DNA of 63,963 nucleotides, counting the filler, from Choristocarpus tenellus KU-1152 (taxonomy: Eukaryota > Protista > Phaeophyceae): the NCBI GenBank assembly GCA_964200185.2. It is 11 parts of 11 records of this genome, joined end to end, with 100 filler letters (N's around TTAATTAATTAA, not from the genome) between each part and the next. Parts side by side here need not be neighbours in the genome. Positions count along the whole stretch, not along the records: positions 48,841 to 51,976 come from CAXNAD020022061.1; positions 52,077 to 57,352 come from CAXNAD020011287.1; positions 57,453 to 63,963 come from CAXNAD020007978.1; 8 more parts are not named here. One strand, 5' to 3'. The notes beneath the pieces were generated by a model that was given only the letters and a program-made list of their open reading frames with translations, had not been told where the DNA came from and made no database searches. A program made the translations under genes and the position numbers. Shown piece after piece: positions 48,841 to 61,576 of the stretch. Position 1 is the stretch's first letter. Each line of letters opens with the position of its first letter.

Positions 48841-50220
48841 TTGAATATCTCCGGTTGGAAGTACAAGGTGAGGATGCCAAGTCGCAACCCTTCCTCAGCA
48901 CAGTACTCTGCAGCAGCGCTGGAGTTAGTTGGGATCTGTGCAGATCACTGCATCGTAGTATACGACATTGTCTTTGAGACACTTCTGGGATGGTGAGATA
49001 GATTGCCATACACCTGCCTTGCAGCCCGGCAGTGCAAGCCAATCTGGGCACTAGTCCCCCTCCTAGGAATCTACCTGGAGAATATACTGTCATGTTCCAA
49101 ACCGTTCAATTGACAATGATTCAGTATCAACCAAGAGGACAGGGAGTCGACACTCCACCCACTCTCAAGGTAATGCTCTTCATCATCACACCTTGGTGCA
49201 GCACCAAGAGATGAAACAGGAGGTAGGGCTGGGATTAAATAAAGGCAGCTGAATTCGACCCGTTCAAAGTTATTTATTATATCCCACGAAAATGAGCTAA
49301 GTTGAACTCTGACCACCCTAGGAACTCGAAATATTTTCGGATCAACACAACATTGTTTCTCCATCTTGGTTTCAGATGTTCTGTTTTGTCCAAGGTAGCC
49401 GGCCTCGTTGGGACAAACATGGATCTTGTTTTTGTACTACTTCTGGGCATCATTAAGGGCGACCTTCAATGTCTATGGAGAGTATGAACAAGAGATTACC
49501 CGGGCTTAACACCTTCTGGAGCTTACTTGACACACCATTCTTTGGAAAAAGAGGACAAATACTTGGGACCCACAAGGAACCTTTCTTAAATGTCACTTCT
49601 GAGCACCTTTGAGGGTGACCCTTAAGGGATATAATCACAACATTGTCACGACTAACACCTTCTGGGGCTTACATAGCGCACCGTTCCTTGGACAAAAACA
49701 ATCAACAGTATTTCGGATCCACCCCAAACATTTCTTCATTGTCACTCCTCGGCACCTTTAAGCGCATCCCTTAATGCCTCAAAGGAGTAACGACACAAGA
49801 TTGCCCAAGTTTAACGCATCCTGGGACTTGCGTACCATATTATTCTTGTCAACCTTCAAATGTAATTTTTGCGGTAATTGTTGTACTTCTACAGTGTCAA
49901 TCAACATAGAAAAAATAAAAGGACTCAAACCCCTCCTCTCTACGCATTTTGGCCTCAAGGTAGCAAATTCAATAGCATACCGGAAAATGATCTTGGGATC
50001 TGAAGCTCAAAATGACCACTGCTCTTCAGAGGACTGGCAGCTAACCCGATCGGCTGACCAGATCAAGGCCGTGGGAATGCTCGTGACTCTTTCTGGTCTC
50101 ATCGCTGACAAGCCTAAACTAGCCATAATATTATGTAGGCCAGCATTTCACAGGGAATGGCCGACATCCCAGTGCGGTTGAAACTCCTGCAGTCCTGGAT
50201 CGATGCAGGAAAAATGTAAC
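48841..50220 (-). mobile_element. Probable decayed Gypsy-like gag/protease remnant
   Basis: Long stop-poor minus frame at 50200-49780, an internal ~130-bp duplication (49500-49760), and frameshifted ITLRVGGVST/PVLLVDTES resembling a retroviral protease active site. Confidence 0.35.
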
Positions 50221-52076
50221 TTGTCAGAGTTGGTCAATTACCCTGTCCGGTTCAATTCTCGGATGGTCCTCAATAATGCAGTATGCTAGACAACCTGCCC
50301 CGGTCGAGACGAGTCAGGTTTGCCCAGTAAAAATGTCCGCGGCGAGCTCCCGAATTTGCAATTAGCCCATACACATGTGGTAGAAAACGTCATCTTGAAA
50401 AAATTCTCAAGCTGAAAAATATGTATAAATTCCATCATAATATGACTAACTGAGAGCTGACCATGCCAGCTTTGTATCGACCATGTTTTAGCAGGGACAA
50501 AGGCTGGGCCATGACCTGATCCAGTTGCAATCGTTGACAATTGTTGAGCTTCCATGTAGACCATTCTTCAAACTGGGGCCAACCCCAGACCCGGTCTGGT
50601 TGACAACTCTGACGGTCCTGAACTGGCCCTGTCATCGGGGTCAGCCTGCCTGCGGCCCCGTTGGGTTCAAAATCACCTTACCCTAGACTGGTTGCAATCA
50701 AGGATGTTTCTCCAGGACTAGCCCACGATCAACTCTGAAGTCAACAAAAATACCAGGGCCCTACATATGGTTGTTCCATGGCTATGGTTACGGTAGGTTT
50801 ATACTGCAATCCTATCATCGGATATCTACGTCTGACTACTGGCAACCGTGGAGATACTCGAAAACCTTGCACAACCATCAGAATTCCCCAACCATACCGT
50901 GGTGACTGACCGTGGGTGCTACTCACCCCGCTGTATCATACCATCAACATAGTATTCTATTTACAATAGCCGTACTGTCCATAGTTCAACCGTTCCGTGC
51001 TGGATTACACTTACCATAAACGTACAGTCAAGAGATGCACTGACCGAAAATACACAAAGGTGCACAATGGGCAAAGATAAAAAATATGTATGTGAATGTG
51101 CTGCTCATGGTAGTGCAGTAGTAGTGGTGAAGCTTCATTGCAATCTTCGATTTCCAGTTATCAACCTGCTACTATTATTGTACTATCGCTAAAATTTAAA
51201 CAGCAATAACACACTACCCACATAGCATTGAAAACTAGATGATGCACATATCAAACATAAAATTCAAAATACGTAGTATACAAATAGATTTCTTCTTCGG
51301 AGAGAGGTAAACATGCATACTGTAGAAATATCAGGCACAGATTGTGGGGTCGGCTCTAGTATTCCAAATAGGTCTTCACTTTACTTGGTTGTAACGGTAC
51401 AACCAAGAATGAAACTGTTGAGGGTACATGTGGAATTTGTAGTACCGTTCAGGGTAAATGCACAGGGTTTTACCCCTCCACAGGAGTCTGATTCTTAATC
51501 GGTGTAATTCCAGTACTTCCAGATTAGTTGGCGTGCCACTGGGCTGTGTTCTCCTATGCAATACGTTGGTTAGCTCTACTGTACAAAAGAATGCCTTAGA
51601 GCCCCTATCATTCCCGTGAGCAACCTTGGAAGGGTAATGCTGTCATCATTGCATATATTGAGAAAATAGGTTCACCTGTACCCGTGCTGTCAAAATCCAA
51701 ACTGCAACAGTACCATCAAGTAAAATTCAAACCGAAACCGCCACTCCAAAAACACAATTCCAATGCTATATCAGAACATTCCTTGAGGTAAAATGAAAAC
51801 CAAAACAGCAGCCTTACTGAAACTTTCTTCTGTGTGCTAAGGTTATTGCAAAACTGAAACCTACCGCCGAAATCTTGCCCGCAACAGTTTATCGCCACGG
51901 CAAGTACAACGATTGTCGTTGTGATCATGTCACCGTATCTCACAGCTACATAAGCCAATATATATGGTCAGACACANNNNNNNNNNNNNNNNNNNNNNNN
52001 NNNNNNNNNNNNNNNNNNNNTTAATTAATTAANNNNNNNNNNNNNNNNNNNNNNNNNNNNNNNNNNNNNNNNNNNN

Positions 52077-52217
52077 GGATGGACTCTCCTTTTTTTTTTG
52101 AGTGATGGGATGGACTCTCCTTTTTTTTTAGTGATGGGATGGACTCTCCCTTTTTTTTTTAGTGATGGGATGGACTCTCCCTTTTTTTTTTAGTGATGGG
52201 ATGGACTCTCCTTTTTT
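52077..52217. repeat. ~30-bp tandem repeat, ~5 copies (GTGATGGGATGGACTCTCC-polyT)
   Basis: Directly visible at the contig start. Confidence 0.9.
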
Positions 52218-52414
52218 CACGTGAAAAAGCATGGACTTGTGACACACAACTGCTTTTTCTTTGTTCTCTCTTCCCTGGAACTGCGATCTGGGGTGGGATT
52301 GTTTGGGACCGGCCCGGAACCGGTATTGGGACTGGGAATGGGAATGGAACCGGGACCGGGAATGGAACCGGGACCGGGACTGGGACTGGGACTGGGGGAC
52401 GAATGTGGTGTCAG

Positions 52415-55161
52415 GTGACTATCTCTGATAGGGATATGGAGTTGATTCGTCGGATCCAAGCTGGGGCATTCCCCCACCCGGAGTTTGAGGCGTACCCTGA
52501 TTATGTGGACTACTTCACTTATAAGAAGGAGGTGATGCCGATCAGTGGAGGGGACGAGCCAAAGAGAAGGTTTATTCCTAGCAAGGTATGGTGGTATTGT
52601 GGTGATGAGTACTGTACTCGGTATTAAGATATTCTTATTGTTTGTTTATTATCATTATTGTTTGTTTATTTGATGGAAGGTCAGAGGTAGAACAGAGAGA
52701 AGATGAAAAAAAAAAAGGTTGCCATTTCTGGTGCATGTATATATAACAAGCAGGGTGGTTGGTCCTATCTGGTAGTCAAGGACCATTCTCTCTCTCTTTC
52801 TCTCTCAAGAGAATAAGGGCCGTCCTGACCCACACTCCAAGACTTCTTCTACGAGATACTTCAGCTTTGAGAATGGTAGGTAGTACCAATGGAAGGCGGT
52901 TGTTGTAACTGTTTTGTGTTTAGCACTCGACTGACTCACACTGATATTTATCTCTGCTGCTGACTCAATCTGACTCATCTGACTCATCTCCTATATTTTT
53001 ATTCGATGTATACAATTGGATGGGGGTGTTACTGTTTCTTCTTGTCCATGACCCAGACCCTAACCCTAACCCATACGTGTATTTTTTAATTTTTAGTGGT
53101 GAGAGGAATTGAGGTGTTTTTTTTAAAGATTTTTTTGCGTGCGATACATGCGTTATATGTGTTACACACTTACGTGTTTGTGTGTGTTATGTGTGTTACG
53201 CACTTACGTGTTTGTGTGTGTGTTATGTGTGTTACGCACTTACATGTTCGTGTGTGTGTCATGTGTGTTATGCACTTACGTGTTCGTGTGTGTTATGTGT
53301 GTTACGCGCTTACGTGTTTGTGTGTGTGTTACGTGTGTTATGCACTTACGTGTTTGTGTGTGTTATGTGTGTTATGCACTTACGTGTTTGTGTATGTTAT
53401 GTGTGTTATGCACTTATGTGTTTGTGTGTGTTATGTGTGTTATGCACTTACGTGTTTGTGTGTGTTATGTGTGTTACGCGCTTATGTGTTTGTGTATGTT
53501 ATGTGTGTTATGCACTTATGTGTTTGTGTGTGTTACGTGTGTTACGTGTTTTTGTGACGACAATAGTGGGAGATGATGAAAGTGCACTCTCTGGTGAAGG
53601 GTATAAAGGAGGGGCGCATTGTTCTGGACAAAAAAAAAGGGAAGGATCAAAACCCTGAGACCTATCAGATATGGAGGGATGACGACGATCTCCCTGACAA
53701 GTAAGAAGTCACTCTGCGGCAAGCTAGCCTTCGCCTTAGGTAGTCCAAACCTATCAAGTGCTTGTACCCTATCCTATCCTATCCTATCAATAATTCAAAT
53801 CATCTCCCCGTGGAGGTGGCTTGGGTGGGGGGACGACGGCAGGCTTTGTCCTTTTTATTTCTTCCACTTTTGGCTACTGTACCTTTTTTTTGTATAGTAG
53901 TACTTGTTTGGTTTTTTATATCTCAGTTGGCGTGTGTGTTAAGTTCTTTGGACTACAATGACAGTACTAGAAGTGAATTAGAGTGAGAATTCAGGGTTTT
54001 GTATTTGCTTGGGGGGGNNNNNNNNNNGTGTGTGTCGAGTAGAGTGGTGAACAACAAGAAGCAGGCTCAAACTATCTGGGGGGGGGGGGCAGTAGGGTAA
54101 GGGAATGGGTTGAGGGTTAGTTGTTGATACGGTAATAATCAAGAAATAAATCAAAAAGGTTGTTGGCGTCTTCCTTGACTGCTCTTGTTGAATAGTTCTA
54201 GCTTTTTTGTTCAGTGGTTAAGTCTTACCGCTATGTACAGACCTTCCTCCCTGCCTGCTGACTAGAGTCTTTGAATGAATATCACCAATATTTCTTTTGG
54301 TGGAGGTTGTTCCGAGCTAGATACAGACCTCGGCTTGTTTTTTTTATTTTTTTGACAGTATTGCAATTTTGAAGAGTCAGCAGCAGTCTCTGTCTTGTCT
54401 GTCTCGACCAGTATCGAAATGTTAGATATTTTTATGGCAAGGTGATGTGATATCAAAAATTGAAATTCAACTGACCCGCCTCGCGGTGATGTGCTGTGTG
54501 GTACAAGTGTTAGACCAATAAAAAATATATATTGTAACATAGCGAAAGTCAACCCCCTCCCCCCTCCCCCCCCTCTGTGATGTGCTGTGGTACAAGAGTC
54601 AGACAAAAAATATATGAAGTGTTATCCGTGGTTGTTTTGAGGCTGTTGACTAATTTTAATGCAAGTACTTGGTAGTAGTAGGGTTAGGGTTAGGGTTACG
54701 TTGTATGCTGCATACTCACTAATTCTTTTTATTTAACGCTAGAATGTTCCTATTATTATTGTCGAATTATGTCATGTCCACAGAAACCATTTTTTGATTT
54801 GTCAGTGGGGTTTTTTTGTTTTAAATATATATGTGTGCAATGTTGCTCCAATCGCTCTGGCTCCCAGCGCCCTCTCCCTCCTACCTCGCCTCGCCATGTT
54901 TATGAACTCCTGGCCTAAATTTTATGCGCCCCACTTTGGCTTTGCGTGTTGTTTTGTATGTGACCGTATGGGCTCTTGCCGCCTTTGGATTGATTATCAT
55001 GTTCTCTCATTTTTGTATTGTGGGGTGGCTCTTGATGCCAATAAAGATACAGGGGGCCAATGCACATCCCCGCCCCCAAGATGCCCCTGCCAGGGCACGC
55101 TGAGAGCTATCGCCCCCCTCCAGAGTACCTCATGACGGAGGAGGAGGAGAAGCAGTGGGAG
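52415..55161 (+). CDS. BOP1: Ribosome biogenesis protein BOP1/Erb1, N-terminal domain exons
   Basis: Exons 52415-52585 ([12 protein letters not shown]...PYPDY-like [10 protein letters not shown]...[10 protein letters not shown]), 53567-53700 ([18 protein letters not shown]...YQIWRDD) and 55047/55053-55161 ([29 protein letters not shown]); phases 0/2 are consistent. Confidence 0.95.
53152..53549. repeat. GT-rich ~33-bp degenerate minisatellite in a BOP1 intron
   Basis: TGTGTGTTATGTGTGTTATGCACTTACGTGTT units. Confidence 0.9.
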
Positions 55162-56375
55162 GTGAGATGGTTTGTGCCAATTGATGTCAACTGCTTGAAG
55201 TATCTACACTGTTGTGACTGTGGTTGGTTTGATGTTCATTTTGTATAGTCGTCTTCTGTGGTGTAACAGTGTAACAGTCTAACAGTGTAACAGTGTAACA
55301 GTGCAGTGGTGTGGGGGTATGGGGGTAGAGGTGTGTTTTGAGGAAGTGTTGGATAGGAGTGAACAGGATTTTTCTTGGTGGTTTTGTTTGAACTGTGTGT
55401 GTCTTGAGTGAGAACTTTCTTTTTTTTAATCAAGTGATTGTACTGTTTTTGAGTAAATGGGTAAATATAAATAAAACGTTTATTGTATGTGAGTTTTTTT
55501 TTAAGAGTTGAAGACCGCCAGTTCAACAGAATTTTTGTTTTTCTGGTTTGGTTTGGTAGAGAGTGGTGAAGGCGTTTTGAAACTGTCTTGGAAAGGTGTT
55601 GTGAAGGTTGTTGTGTCAATGGTATAAGGAACAATAGTGTTCATGGGGGGGGTGGACTATGATGCTGGATATATTTCTAGTGTAATGAATTGAATTTATT
55701 TTAAATCGAATGAGTTTTTTGGGGGGGGGATTGTTATTTTTAAAATCATACTTGGTGAAAGTATATAAATCAACATGATTGTGATTTTTTTAAGTCTTGT
55801 CAAGTGCTGAGAATTACAAAAAAATAAGAATAGATGCCCCTTAAGTCTAGGGATTGAACTTGAAATCGGGACTCGATCGGTATGATTTACGTACTGTATG
55901 TGTAAGTACACATTACAGGCTAGGGTTAGGGTTGTTCAGTATGTACACGAAGTGCCACTTAAAAAAAAAAAATGTACATTAATATATGTAGTCCATAATA
56001 TTGTGAGTTGTATGTAGATACTCTTCCAAATTTATACTTGGACAAGAAATCATACCAAATTGAAAGTTGAAATCTTCATAGGAATAGTAGTTACAAATAG
56101 TAACAGAGGGGTGGGTGCTAAAATATATATAGTCCTGTCAGCGATTTGCTTAGACAGGAAGGGTAATAATTGCAATAATAATAATAAATGGTAATAATAT
56201 ATCGACCGATCAGAAGGGCTCATTTTTTCAACACTAATAATTGCTCCCCTTTGGCTAGGTTGTCACCCATGTGATCTTAAAATGCCTCAAACATTTCCAC
56301 AGGAATAGTATCCCTCTCTTGGAATTATTTTGATTCCTGATGAATGAATATATATATATGTGTGTCTGCATGTCG

Positions 56376-56620
56376 TTCACATTAGTTTACACTAGTTCAC
56401 ATTAGTTTACAGTAGTTTACACTAGTTTACATTAGTTTACATTAGTTTACACTAGTTTACATTAGTTTACATTAGTTCACATTAGTTTACATTAGTTTAC
56501 ACTAGTTCACATTAGTTTACATTAGTTTACATTAGTTTACACTAGTTCACATTAGTTTACATTAGTTTACATTAGTTCACATTAGTTCACATTAGTTTAC
56601 ACTAGTTTACATTAGTTTAC
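56376..56620. repeat. 10-bp minisatellite (A[T/C]TAGTT[T/C]AC), ~24 copies
   Basis: Directly visible. Confidence 0.95.
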
Positions 56621-57620
56621 AACATTGCAATAAATTCTGCGAGATCACCTCTCACACAACTACTCCAAGGGTCCACCAGCGCCTGCACCTCTGCACATAG
56701 TAAATGTTACTTTCATAATTAGTGTAGCTTCACTGAGTGCTTTGTATGCACTATGAAGCACAGTAAAGGAGGGTTTGAACAGTGTAAACTAGGGATGAGA
56801 GTCGCCAGGGCAGGGTTAGGCCTGGGAGATGAAAAATAAAAATATTAGTGCAAAATGAATCAGAGTTTTTTTTTATCACCCGAACAACCACTTCCACTTT
56901 TTTGAACAAAGCAAACCACACCACTGTTTAAAATAAATAAAAACAAAACTGATATCCTTCAATTGTGAATGTTGATGTGTTGTTGATTCAAACCAAAATG
57001 CAGTACTAAAGTGAAGGCGTTTTGGGGGGATACTTAGGCAGCACCACTCCAGCAAAATATATATATATATAATGTATTTTTATGTTTGTCTACAAACGTA
57101 CCTGTGTTTGGCATATGCTACTACCTACCACTATTTTAATTAATTCTTATTTTTTGTACTTCAAAGCGTGAGATAATTCATTCTTATTTTTTCCTGGTGT
57201 AAGAACACCAGGAAATAAATTTAAAAAAAATTAAAATATTCTTCTCGTTGGCGATTGTTGTATCTTTTTTTTTAATAGCTCTTTGTGCTCTGGACATTTC
57301 AAGTGACTGCTGATGATGTCGCAGCTCTTTAGATACCACCTTATTTAGGGGGNNNNNNNNNNNNNNNNNNNNNNNNNNNNNNNNNNNNNNNNNNNNTTAA
57401 TTAATTAANNNNNNNNNNNNNNNNNNNNNNNNNNNNNNNNNNNNNNNNNNNNGTGCACCCGGTTTTGTACACATTTTTTTTTTTGAGCCCCCCCGCACGG
57501 GATCCCCCCCCTTTTTTTTTCCCCCCCCCCCCCCCCCCCCTCCCCCCCATTCTCTCCCCTTCTGCTGCCATTTCCCTTCCATGTCCTCACCCCTGGTACA
57601 CTGCTATGCAAATCCTGTAG

Positions 57621-60600
57621 GGGACGAGCATGTCAACCCCGATTGTGGCAGGGAGTGCAGCCCTGGTACGCCAGTACTTCCGAGAGGGCTGGTACAACTC
57701 TGGTAGCAAGAACGAATCCCTTGGGTTTGATCCCTCAGCTGCCCTGGTAAAGGCAGTTCTTGTCAACTCCGCCATGCCCATGAACCTTGCAGCCGTCAAC
57801 CCAGCCAGCAACACATTGGACATCACCCTAGAGGCACCCCCAGATGTCTATCAGGTTGGAGATGGATATATATATATATATTTCTCTACAGTTTGGATTT
57901 GGACCAAGGGGAGGAGGGGAAAAGAGTACAGAATGTGAAACTGCTCTCCTGCACCACCTGCTTGTTATCGCACTCAGATACTCTGCCCTGAAATACCCTC
58001 TGCTGCGGCGCTTACCTTACCATACATGCTTGCTTGTTCACAAAATCCCAACCCTCCTCATGCAAGCAAACAATCAGTCTGAGGATCGTAATGCCAATGC
58101 TTCCTCATGTAACCACCCCCACCCCTGTACCCACCTGGGTACACCATAACCCGCTTTGGTTGTGGTTAACAAATTTTGTTGTGTTTTGTTGTTGTGATCA
58201 GGGGCATGGGCGAGTAACGTTAAGTCAGGGTCTGAATGTGAACTCATCGGTGGGACTGTTCTTCAAGGACTGGGAGACAATTGGGGAGGGGGAGACTTTG
58301 GAGTACACAGTGTCGCTTTATGAGGGTGCAGATCTCGACAAGGTGGGTGGCACCTCTGGGTGTGCTGTAGAAATGTAAGGGTTCTAGGACAACAATTTGA
58401 AGGACAAAAGCAACAGTAGGCTTGCCTAGAAAGGGCATGAGTTGTGGGGGTGATAATATTGAATGGATTCTGTAGAGACGGTACTGGATGTGAAGGGAAG
58501 GCAATGCTGGGCAGGACTAGGGGATCCTTGAAGGTTCATGGCATCAGGTCAGGTTGATCGAGCCAAATAAGGACACAGTATATAGCTAGACCCGGTACGT
58601 GAAACTCTGAAGTTGGAATGAGGTGATGAGATGTGTGCTTGGATACAGTGTTCATCTGTAGTATGGCTCATGTGTGGTCTTCATTTTACTGAAGTGCTAC
58701 AGATATAATGAGGTACAGTGATGGTAAGATGTGTACACAACTTCATGGTCATACTATAGTTGAAAATATTTCAAGATATTAAATGCCCAGTCTAGAGAGT
58801 CCTTCAAAAGTGGTGCCGACTTTTTGGGCTGGAGATACGTGAAAATAGAGTTAGCCTTGCCACAATGTAACATCGCCTTGGTGGAGGTTGAAGAAGAGCA
58901 GCTGTACCTCCTCTAGTCAGTAGATTTGTTTTGTAGATGAGACCCTTTGAACCTACAGGACAAAATGCAAGAGCTCTGGAAAATAAAATAAAAGCCCACC
59001 ATTCTTGACCCCATGGATCAGTCACACATCTATAGTCATGTTGATGGTAACGAGGGGGATAGCTTTTTGTCAAAATGGTCAACATTTATATTCTGCATGA
59101 CTCTTAAACAACCAAAGAAAAAGTTGGAGGCACCAGGCTCTATTAGTACTTGCAACATGCCTAGCATCATAAGTACAATAGCAATAGTAATAATATCCTT
59201 TTTAGGGACTTGGAAGAAATAGCAGATGTGAAGATCGAGTTATCAATCCATAGATTTGTTGTTATTAATGTAGTGTTTGCACACTGTACTAAAGTTATTG
59301 CCTTATTCCTGTTTTTCGATAAATTGTCACGAAGGACACCGTAAACCTGTTGTTGTGGATATGACCTTGCGCAGTCTTCCACCTCATGTTTGTTCTAAAT
59401 TTTTGTAATATACTGTAAAACCTAAGATGCCAAATGGTTGTTAACTGCAGTAGCACCCTCATCAGCCGATCGCAACCAGAAATCGCTCCAAATTGTTCTG
59501 AAATTTAAATTTCTGGTAATGTCAAAATTACTATCATGACACCCAAACTACTACTTCTCATGGAAGCACTTGGTGATATGAAGTCAAATAAACATATGCA
59601 AGAGATTGGGGGAGTTTTGAAACACGAGATCTAATCCGTTAACGCAACAATGCAGTAGGCTGCGCAAAACACCCTATGCTTTTCTTGTGTTCGCAATTCA
59701 CAAGTCATTCCGAACACACACAATTGTCAAATTTTGAGATACCATTGTTCCACTGCGGCAGACATTAATGCAGGGCTATTCCTTGCTGTTCCTTTGGTAC
59801 AGTAGTGCCACTCACCGTTCTCTTTTTTTTTTAAGCCATGACCCTATTCCAAACCTTTCTCGCCATCGTGTGACTCTCCTGCACAACCTCTCACAATATC
59901 CCTGGATGTTCTTGTCTTTACCTTTTGTGTTGTGTAGGAACTTAGGGTGACGCTGGTGTGGACAGACCCATACGGGGCGGCTTCCTCATCTCGTGCTCTC
60001 ATCCATGATCTGGACCTGGTGGTGATCTCGCAGTCTGATGGGGAGGTGCATTATCCCAACGGCCTCAGCTCAGCTGACCAGGACAACAACGTTGAGAAAG
60101 TGACAATCAACCCTTCCGTTGCAGAGGAGGTTTATACAGTTCGGGTGAGGGGAAAAGTGCTCAATATGATGCATCATTTGCATTGCGTTCAAAACATTTT
60201 CAAAGATTTTTTTTTTTTCCTGGGGGTGTGGCAGATATAGATATCTGTGGCTTGTGAGGGTAGTGTATTTCATTAGAGGAACGCCCCTGCTTGCACTCCA
60301 GTGTTCTGGACTGCTATTGAGTATGAGGGTTACCATCCTTAACCCATCTATCTACCTATGGCCCTGCGTCTTCACCAATACTCCCACCCAACCTGTTCTG
60401 GCCTGCTTCCCTGTCCACCTTCATCTGGACTCACCTGGCCCCAAGGTGTCCTGTGGGGACCTCTCTGAGACGGATGTACAGTACTTTGCGGTGGTGGCAA
60501 ATGGAGAGTTTATAAAGACCAACGAACCACCTGACCCACCGGAGCCGGACGACTGGTTGGACCTCCTCTCTGATGCTTCCTCCATTGACCTCTCCTGGCA

Positions 60601-61576
60601 GCTCATTGTTGCCATTGCGGTAGGTGTTGTATTTTGTTGCACTATGAGTTGCATGTGCCGCCGTTGCTTTGGTGATAGCTCGAAGAGGGCAAACCGACAG
60701 AATGCTCATATTGCTTATCAACAAAGCGGCCCTTACAGAGTAAGGACGAGGGGCGGGGGCACCAATTGGGGGGGAAGAAGCAGGGATCCGAGAGTTCCTC
60801 CCCAGCCTGTCGTCGCACCTTCCCACCGTAGAGTGGTGCAAGTTGATAATCCAAATCGGAGGCCAAGTTTATCAGGAAGTGAGGCGGTTGCAGGGTCCCA
60901 ACGGGAAGGAACTACAGTTCCCAGACCTCAAAGACAAGATAATGCGGAAAGATCCTCACCAGTGCTGGTGCCTGTCGTGTTCCCGCCTGAGCAAACAGCA
61001 TCATCTGCTCCGTCTGGCGATAGCTGCCCCGAATGTGGGGCGCAGTTTGAGGATGTGGTTGCCCTGGTGGACCATGTTGAGTTCCGGCACAGGGGTCGAG
61101 CTACCCGTGGAGGAGGTGGTGGCCGTTCTCCTCCACTGGTAGAAAGGAAGGGTGTTGGTGGTGCTGTGGGTGAGACAGCTGCTGCTGCTGCTACTGCGAC
61201 TGCTCCAGAGGTAGTGGGGGAGTCGATGCAGCAGACGCAGACCCCGGTTCAAGTCTATCCCCAATCTCGGGGGCGTCAGGGCAATAACAGGGGGGAAAGG
61301 GAACAAAGCAGGGACGCACATAGTAGTAGCATTGCTAGTGGGACTGGCATGGGCATGAGATCCTCTGGGTTGGAATACAATCCCCAGCATCCCGTGTCAT
61401 ACGCGATGCCATTTCAAGTGGGTCAGCCACACCTAGGTGTGGCAATGGTTCAGGTTGCTCAACCACATCCGTCCTATGCGTACAATGGGGCCACACAGAA
61501 CAGCAGGTCACGCAGTTCCCCACGAAGCAGAAGCAGGGCATATGGCAGGACCTCACCTGTGGAGCCAGTAGAGTAG
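57621..61576 (+). CDS. Subtilisin-like S8 serine protease (KP-43/TagC-like) with beta-barrel domain, TM helix and a C2H2-finger tail; 3' exons
   Basis: Phase-0 exons 57621-57854 (GTSMSTPIVAGSAALVRQYF...PSAALVKAVLVNSA), 58202-58342 (GHGRV), 59938-60144 (LRVTLVWTDP...HDLDLVV...NNVEKV) and 60446-61576 (QYFAVVANG; TM WQLIVAIAVGVVFCC; CPECGAQFEDVVALVDHVEFRH). Confidence 0.93.

Noticed and set aside
51300-51960. Possible gene start with a signal-peptide-like segment on the minus strand
   Set aside because: Short, with no recognisable motif and no supportable exon chain.
53096-53658. Cys-rich ORFs resembling metallothionein
   Set aside because: Open in all three frames because of a GT-rich minisatellite inside a BOP1 intron.
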